DNA of 64,000 nucleotides from Clostridia bacterium (lineage in GTDB: Bacteria; Bacillota; Clostridia; Oscillospirales; Acutalibacteraceae). The DNA lies in the NCBI GenBank assembly GCA_017472575.1, contig JAFUPX010000038.1:991-64990 (forward strand), given 5' to 3'. Shown here piece by piece: positions 58,951 through 64,000 of this stretch (its first letter is position 1; each line of letters begins with the position of its first letter). Below the pieces are notes generated by a model. That model was not told the origin of the DNA, ran no database searches, and saw nothing but the letters and a program-made list of their open reading frames with translations. A program made the position numbers and the translations under genes.

Positions 58951-59988
58951 ATGGCAAAGGAAAAGGTACTTGTGGGAATGAGCGGAGGGGTAGACTCCTC
59001 AGTTGCCGCGGCGATACTTCTCGAACAGGGGTATGAGGTCGCAGGTGTAACCTTAAAGCTTCATTCATATAATTCCGGAAACGAACAAGACATCTGTGAT
59101 GCGAGATCTGTATGTGAAAAGCTCGGTATTCCTCATTTTATTTTTGACTTAAGCAAGGATTTTAAAGAAAGAGTAGTTAACAGCTTTGTAAATGAGTATA
59201 TATCGGGAAGAACTCCAAACCCTTGTATTGTTTGTAATAAATATATTAAATTCGGTAAAATGCTTGAAAAAGCGCAGGAAATGGGCTTTGATAAAATAGC
59301 CACAGGGCATTATTCCCGCACAGAAAATCAAAACGGCAGATGGCTTCTATATCGCTGTAGTGATAAGGACCAGTCATATGTGCTGTATTCCTTAACTCAA
59401 TATCAGCTTTCAAAAACGCTGTTTCCTTTGGGAAAGCTTTCAAAAGAGCAGGTACGTAAAAAGGCTCAGGATTTAGGGTTTGTTAACGCGGACAAGCCGG
59501 ACAGTCAGGATATATGCTTTGTTTGTGACGGTGATTATGCGGAATTTATTGAAGAAATTACCGGAAAAATAAGCGAAAAGGGAAGCTTTGTAGATAGGAG
59601 CGGTAATATTTTAGGAGAGCATAACGGTATAATAAGATATACCGTTGGGCAGAGAAAGGGCCTTGGAATAGCACTTGGAAAGCCTGCATTTGTGCTTGAA
59701 AAAAATCTTCAAAATAATCAGGTAGTACTTGGAGATGAGCCTGAGTTATTCTATAAAACTGTTAAATTAAAGGATGTTAATTTTATTTCATTTGATGATA
59801 TCGCGGATCCGCTAAGAGTTACCGCTAAGCTTCGTTACAGGCATACTGAACAGCCGGCACTTATAGTAAAAAAGGCTGAAAATGATTATGAATTGTGCTT
59901 TGATGAGCCTCAGAGAGCGCCAAGCCCCGGTCAGGCGGCGGTATTTTATAACGGTGACGAGGTAATCGGGGGAGGAACAATTATTTAA
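58951..59988 (+). CDS. mnmA: tRNA 2-thiouridine(34) synthase
   Basis: 345 aa with the PP-loop GMSGGVDSSVAA, the catalytic CIVCN, and the DQSY and DSQDICF motifs. Confidence 0.93.
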   Translation: MAKEKVLVGMSGGVDSSVAAAILLEQGYEVAGVTLKLHSYNSGNEQDICDARSVCEKLGIPHFIFDLSKDFKERVVNSFVNEYISGRTPNPCIVCNKYIKFGKMLEKAQEMGFDKIATGHYSRTENQNGRWLLYRCSDKDQSYVLYSLTQYQLSKTLFPLGKLSKEQVRKKAQDLGFVNADKPDSQDICFVCDGDYAEFIEEITGKISEKGSFVDRSGNILGEHNGIIRYTVGQRKGLGIALGKPAFVLEKNLQNNQVVLGDEPELFYKTVKLKDVNFISFDDIADPLRVTAKLRYRHTEQPALIVKKAENDYELCFDEPQRAPSPGQAAVFYNGDEVIGGGTII

Positions 59989-60639
59989 ATGGAAAGAATA
60001 GAAAAAATTATTAAAAATCTTGAAAAAAATAATATGCAGGGCTTTTATGCTAAGGACAGTAAAGAAGCCTGTAAAATGGTTGAGGAAATGCTGTTTGACG
60101 GCTGTTCTATAACTGCCGGCGGCTCTGTTTCTTTAAAGGAAAGCGGAGTTTGGGATATTATAAACAACGATAAATATAATTTTGCTGACCGCTCAAAGCC
60201 GGGTATAACTCCCGAACAGCAGCAGGAGGCTTTCAAAGCTGCTATAGGCTGTGACTTCTTTTTCAGTTCAACAAACGCGCTTACAGAAAACGGCGAGCTT
60301 GTTAATGTAGACGGTTTTTCAAACCGAGTTTCATCTATCTGCTTCGGACCTGAAAATGTTGTACTTATCGTGGGGAAAAATAAAATAGTTAAGGATGTTG
60401 AAGAGGGCTTTTTAAGAATAAAAAAAGTTGCCGCGCCTAAAAATACTGTAAGACTTGGTATTAATGCGCCCTGTTCAAAATTGGGACATTGCGTATCCCT
60501 GCTCAAAAATGAAAACCCTTGTATGACAGACGGCTGTCAGGGCAGTACAAGAATTTGCTCAAGTTATGTTGTATCGGCGTATCAGAAAACAAAAAACAGA
60601 ATAAAAGTAATAATTTGCGGCGAGAGCCTTGGTTATTAA
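59989..60639 (+). CDS. LUD-domain (lactate-utilisation LutC/YkgG-like) protein
   Basis: 216 aa. The ITAGGSVSL..., SSTNALTENGELVNVDG and VGKNKIV pattern is typical of DUF162/LUD proteins. It starts 1 nt after the mnmA stop. Confidence 0.6.
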   Translation: MERIEKIIKNLEKNNMQGFYAKDSKEACKMVEEMLFDGCSITAGGSVSLKESGVWDIINNDKYNFADRSKPGITPEQQQEAFKAAIGCDFFFSSTNALTENGELVNVDGFSNRVSSICFGPENVVLIVGKNKIVKDVEEGFLRIKKVAAPKNTVRLGINAPCSKLGHCVSLLKNENPCMTDGCQGSTRICSSYVVSAYQKTKNRIKVIICGESLGY

Positions 60640-60691
60640 ATAATAAAAAACGGCATATCCTTTTATATAGATTGTAAAGGGGTGTGCCGTT

Positions 60692-61906
60692 TTGAAAAAA
60701 ATAATTTCTTTAATTCTTTGTATATGCCTTTTATCGGCCGGAATAACGGTTTCGGCTGAGGAAAAAACCGTTTCAAGCGAATGTGCTTTAACCGATATTG
60801 ATGTGCCGCTTGATACTACGGAAACTAATGCCGCCATAGGTCAGACCTTGGATATAAAGGCGAAATCCGCGATACTTATGGAGCCGCAGACCGGTCAGAT
60901 ACTTTACGAAAGCAATTCCGATGAGCAGTTAGCTCCGGCTTCGATTACTAAAATTATGTCGCTTTTGCTTGTTATGGAGGCTATTGACAGGGGAGATATT
61001 GACCTTGAAACGGTTATTTCCGCAAGTGAACACGCTTGTAGTATGGGAGGCTCCCAGATTTGGCTTGAACCAGGGGAAAGTATGACGGTTGACGAGCTTT
61101 TAAAGGCGGCGGTTATTGCCTCCGCGAATGATGCTACGGTTGCTCTGGGCGAGAAAATTGCCGGAAGTGAGGAGGGTTTCGTTGCCCTTATGAACGAGCG
61201 AGCAAAAGAGCTTGGTATGAACTCAACCAACTTTGTAAACTGTACAGGTCTTGATGCGGAGGGTCACATCACCACCGCACACGATGTTGCGATAATGTCC
61301 TGCGAGCTAATTAAGCACGAGCTTATTAAAAACTACTCAACAGTTTGGATGGATTCTTTGCGCGACGGCAAAAGCGAGCTTGTTAATACTAATAAATTAG
61401 TACGATTCTATGAGGGTACTACAGGACTTAAAACCGGAACAACCTCTACCGCGGGCTATTGTTTATCCGCAACTGCTTTGAGGGACGGTATGGAGCTTGC
61501 GGCGGTTATAATGGGCGGAGAAACAAGTCAAGATAGGTTTAACGGAGCTAAAAAGCTTCTCGATTACGGCTTTGCTAATTATAGCTTTTCAAAAATTGAC
61601 TCAGGCATTAAGGAGGATTTAACAGTTGAGGTCGAAAACGGAACCAAGAAAAGTCTGCTTCTAAAGGCGGACGGAACGGTTAGTCTGCTACTTCCTAAAA
61701 CCTCCTCAAACAAAATACAAAGAAAAACTGTTTTAGAGGAAAGTATAAACGCCCCTGTTAAAAAAGGAGAAAAAATAGGAAGTATTGATATTTACATAGG
61801 GGAAGAAAAGGTTGGTGAAATTTCGTTGACTGCCGACAGTGATATAAAAAAGCTTTCTTTTGGCGAAACTTTTAAATGGATTTTAAAAGGAATAATAACA
61901 TTATAA
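60692..61906 (+). CDS. D-alanyl-D-alanine carboxypeptidase (S11, PBP5/DacB/DacF-like)
   Basis: It has a TTG start and a signal peptide, then SxxK (ASITKIM), SxN (SANDA), KTG (LKTGTT) and a C-terminal beta-domain. Confidence 0.88.
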   Translation: MKKIISLILCICLLSAGITVSAEEKTVSSECALTDIDVPLDTTETNAAIGQTLDIKAKSAILMEPQTGQILYESNSDEQLAPASITKIMSLLLVMEAIDRGDIDLETVISASEHACSMGGSQIWLEPGESMTVDELLKAAVIASANDATVALGEKIAGSEEGFVALMNERAKELGMNSTNFVNCTGLDAEGHITTAHDVAIMSCELIKHELIKNYSTVWMDSLRDGKSELVNTNKLVRFYEGTTGLKTGTTSTAGYCLSATALRDGMELAAVIMGGETSQDRFNGAKKLLDYGFANYSFSKIDSGIKEDLTVEVENGTKKSLLLKADGTVSLLLPKTSSNKIQRKTVLEESINAPVKKGEKIGSIDIYIGEEKVGEISLTADSDIKKLSFGETFKWILKGIITL

Positions 61907-61924
61907 AAACTTTTTATAATTTAA

Positions 61925-61953
61925 CTTGAAATATATTCAAATATAATGTAAAA
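61925..61953 (+). promoter_or_regulatory. Candidate sigma-A promoter of pgi
   Basis: TTGAAA (61925-61930), 17-nt spacer, TAAAAT (61948-61953). Confidence 0.5.
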
Positions 61954-61990
61954 TAAAACCATAGAAAATTATTTAGTCAGAGGTAGAAAA

Positions 61991-63328
61991 ATGTCAGTTA
62001 AGTTTAATCATGCATTTGCTAAGCAGTTTATCGCTGAGAACGAGCTTAAAGGTCTCGAAACTCAGGTTGCTGCGGCACACAAAACAGTTAATGAAAAATC
62101 AGGTCTCGGAAACGATTTCCTCGGCTGGGTAACCTTGCCTACAGATTATGATAAAGAGGAATTCGCCAGAATAAAGGCGGCCGCTGATAAAATCAGAAAG
62201 GATACAGATATTCTTATCGTTATCGGTATCGGTGGTTCTTATTTAGGTGCAAGAGCCGCTATAGAATTCTTAAAGGGTCCTTACTACAATCAGCTTCGCG
62301 GAGATGCTCCCGAAATTTATTTCGCAGGTAACAGCATAAGCGGTGCATATCTTTCTGATATGATTAAGATGTGCGAGGGAAAGAGAGTTTCGGTTAACAT
62401 AATATCTAAGTCCGGAACAACAACCGAGCCGGCAGTTGCTTTCAGAGTATTCCGTAAGCTCCTTGAAGAGCGTTACGGCGAGGAGGAAGCTGCAAAGAGA
62501 ATTTATTGCACTACCGACCGCGCACGCGGTACCTTAAAGCAGTTAGCCGATGAGAAGGGCTATGAGTGCTTTGTAGTGCCGGATGATGTTGGAGGACGTT
62601 TCTCTGTTTTAACAGCTGTTGGTCTTCTTCCTATAGCCGCCGCAGGCGCTGATATTGATAAGTTGATGCAGGGTGCCGCAATAGGTGCTGAGAAGTTTAA
62701 CGAGCCCGATCTTTATAAGAATGACTGCTATACCTATGCGGCATTGAGAAACGCTTTTTACCGCAAGGGTAAGTCTGTTGAGCTGCTCGTATCCTATGAG
62801 CCGAGATTTACTATGATGTCCGAATGGTTCAAGCAGTTATTCGGAGAAAGCGAAGGCAAGGATAACAAGGGTCTTTTCCCGGCATCCGTAACATTCTCAA
62901 CCGACCTTCACTCTATGGGTCAGTTTATACAGGATGGCAGCCGTATAATGTTTGAAACCGTATTAAAGCTTGAAAATACTGACTCGGATGTTGTTATCGA
63001 GGAAGAGGAAAACAACGGAGACGGTCTTAACTTCTTAGCCGGAAAAACAATGTCGTTTGTTAACGAAAAGGCATTTGAGGGTACGGTTCTTGCTCATACT
63101 GACGGCGGCGTTCCCAATTTCGTTATCTCAATCGACAAGCCGGACGAGGAAAACTTAGGCGAGCTTATTTATTTCTTTGAAAAGGCTTGCGCAATTTCGG
63201 GCTATATGCTTGGTGTAAATCCCTTTGACCAACCCGGAGTTGAGAGCTATAAGAAGAATATGTTTGCACTTCTCGGCAAGCCCGGTTACGAGGCTCAAAA
63301 GGCAGAGCTTGAAGCAAGACTTAAATAA
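61991..63328 (+). CDS. pgi: Glucose-6-phosphate isomerase (short Firmicute type)
   Basis: 445 aa with [35 protein letters not shown] and GESEGK. Confidence 0.93.
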   Translation: MSVKFNHAFAKQFIAENELKGLETQVAAAHKTVNEKSGLGNDFLGWVTLPTDYDKEEFARIKAAADKIRKDTDILIVIGIGGSYLGARAAIEFLKGPYYNQLRGDAPEIYFAGNSISGAYLSDMIKMCEGKRVSVNIISKSGTTTEPAVAFRVFRKLLEERYGEEEAAKRIYCTTDRARGTLKQLADEKGYECFVVPDDVGGRFSVLTAVGLLPIAAAGADIDKLMQGAAIGAEKFNEPDLYKNDCYTYAALRNAFYRKGKSVELLVSYEPRFTMMSEWFKQLFGESEGKDNKGLFPASVTFSTDLHSMGQFIQDGSRIMFETVLKLENTDSDVVIEEEENNGDGLNFLAGKTMSFVNEKAFEGTVLAHTDGGVPNFVISIDKPDEENLGELIYFFEKACAISGYMLGVNPFDQPGVESYKKNMFALLGKPGYEAQKAELEARLK

Positions 63329-63374
63329 GGAATCAACCGCTTTTAGCGGTAAATATAAAAAGGAGCTGATATAA

Positions 63375-63782
63375 ATGATTAAACTCATAATCGGAAGAAA
63401 AGGTTCGGGTAAAACCAAAAAATTAGTAGATATGGTCAACGCCGCAACAGCTGAAAGCTTAGGCAATGTTGTTTGTATTGAAAAAGGAGATACTTTAACC
63501 TATTCCGTTACCCATAAAGCAAGACTTATTGACGCTGAAAGCTTTGGAATTTCAGGTTATGGCGAGTATTACGGTCTCGTTTCCGGAATTAAGGCAGGCA
63601 ATCACGATGTAACTCATATTTTCGGTGACGCAACACTTCGTATCGGCACAAGAAACTATGATGAGCTTACAGCTTTCCTTGAGAGAGTTAAGAAAATAGA
63701 AGATGTTGAATTTATCTTCACAATTTCTGCCGATAAGGAAGAACTTCCTGAAAAGATTTTTGAAATCGCTGAAATTTGCTAA
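63375..63782 (+). CDS. Minimal P-loop protein of unknown function
   Basis: 135 aa with Walker A GRKGSGKT at residues 7-14 and a possible Walker B RLIDAE. AAGGAG SD lies 8 nt upstream, and a terminator follows. Confidence 0.6.
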   Translation: MIKLIIGRKGSGKTKKLVDMVNAATAESLGNVVCIEKGDTLTYSVTHKARLIDAESFGISGYGEYYGLVSGIKAGNHDVTHIFGDATLRIGTRNYDELTAFLERVKKIEDVEFIFTISADKEELPEKIFEIAEIC

Positions 63783-63796
63783 TTTAGTTAAAATAG

Positions 63797-63832
63797 CACA
63801 CAACCCCGAAGCTTAGGCTTCGGGGTTGTGTG
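63797..63832 (+). terminator. Hairpin terminator after the P-loop gene
   Basis: 16-bp perfect stem CACACAACCCCGAAGC - TTAG - GCTTCGGGGTTGTGTG. The downstream U-run is weak (CTTGTGTG). Confidence 0.55.
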
Positions 63833-63960
63833 CTTGTGTGGCAGCAGAAAGAGCATTGTCTTTCTAAATATATTATAGTCGATAATTGAACTAAAATCAA
63901 TAGTTTATTTTTGAACTATGTTATAATCGTTTAAAATAACAACAGGAGAAAAGTTTAATT

Positions 63961-64000
63961 ATGGACTATGCACAAAAAATAAAGGAGCTACGGCAGGATA
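63961..64000 (+). CDS. 5' end of a CDS running off the window (possibly another XRE-type regulator)
   Basis: The ATG is preceded by AGGAGAA. MDYAQKIKELRQD resembles HTH_3 N-termini. Only 13 codons are visible. Confidence 0.3.
   Translation, partial: MDYAQKIKELRQD

Overview
This window looks like a low-GC Gram-positive anaerobe (Clostridia-like) chromosome, inferred from gene content and not searchable here. It is about 90% coding and almost entirely core housekeeping genes. I support about 62 CDS. They include lexA-rnhA-queT, a livJHMGF-type ABC importer, htpG, acpP, proS, and a thyX-tmk-DJ1-mltG-U32-PBP cluster. Also present are AraC plus a GH78 rhamnosidase, prs, gdhA, agcS, rplU-prp-rpmA, obg, mrnC, nrdDG-dut and eno. 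The remainder includes rlmB-(ATPase-like)-metG-tatD, alr-glpK, ychF, hprK-glcK-murB-rapZ-whiA-dnaE-pfkA, mnmA, dacB-like and pgi. I see no tRNA, rRNA, CRISPR array, transposase or integrase. Cis-elements readable from the sequence are a tandem glycine riboswitch ahead of agcS, a perfect CIRCE operator ahead of htpG, a LexA (Cheo) box ahead of lexA, and a perfect NrdR box ahead of nrdD. There are also many intrinsic terminators and sigma-A-type promoters. I found no convincing multi-gene novel system. The most unusual items are an 825-aa membrane protein that reads as a catalytically dead P1B-type ATPase with a long acidic N-terminus, and a 35-codon Asn/Lys/Gln-rich micro-ORF. Others are a TSUP transporter split into two coupled half-genes, a minimal 135-aa P-loop protein, a rapZ-whiA pair lacking yvcK, and a 620-bp AT-rich non-coding gap with promoter and terminator signals. 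All family assignments come from motif reading only. No database search was run.
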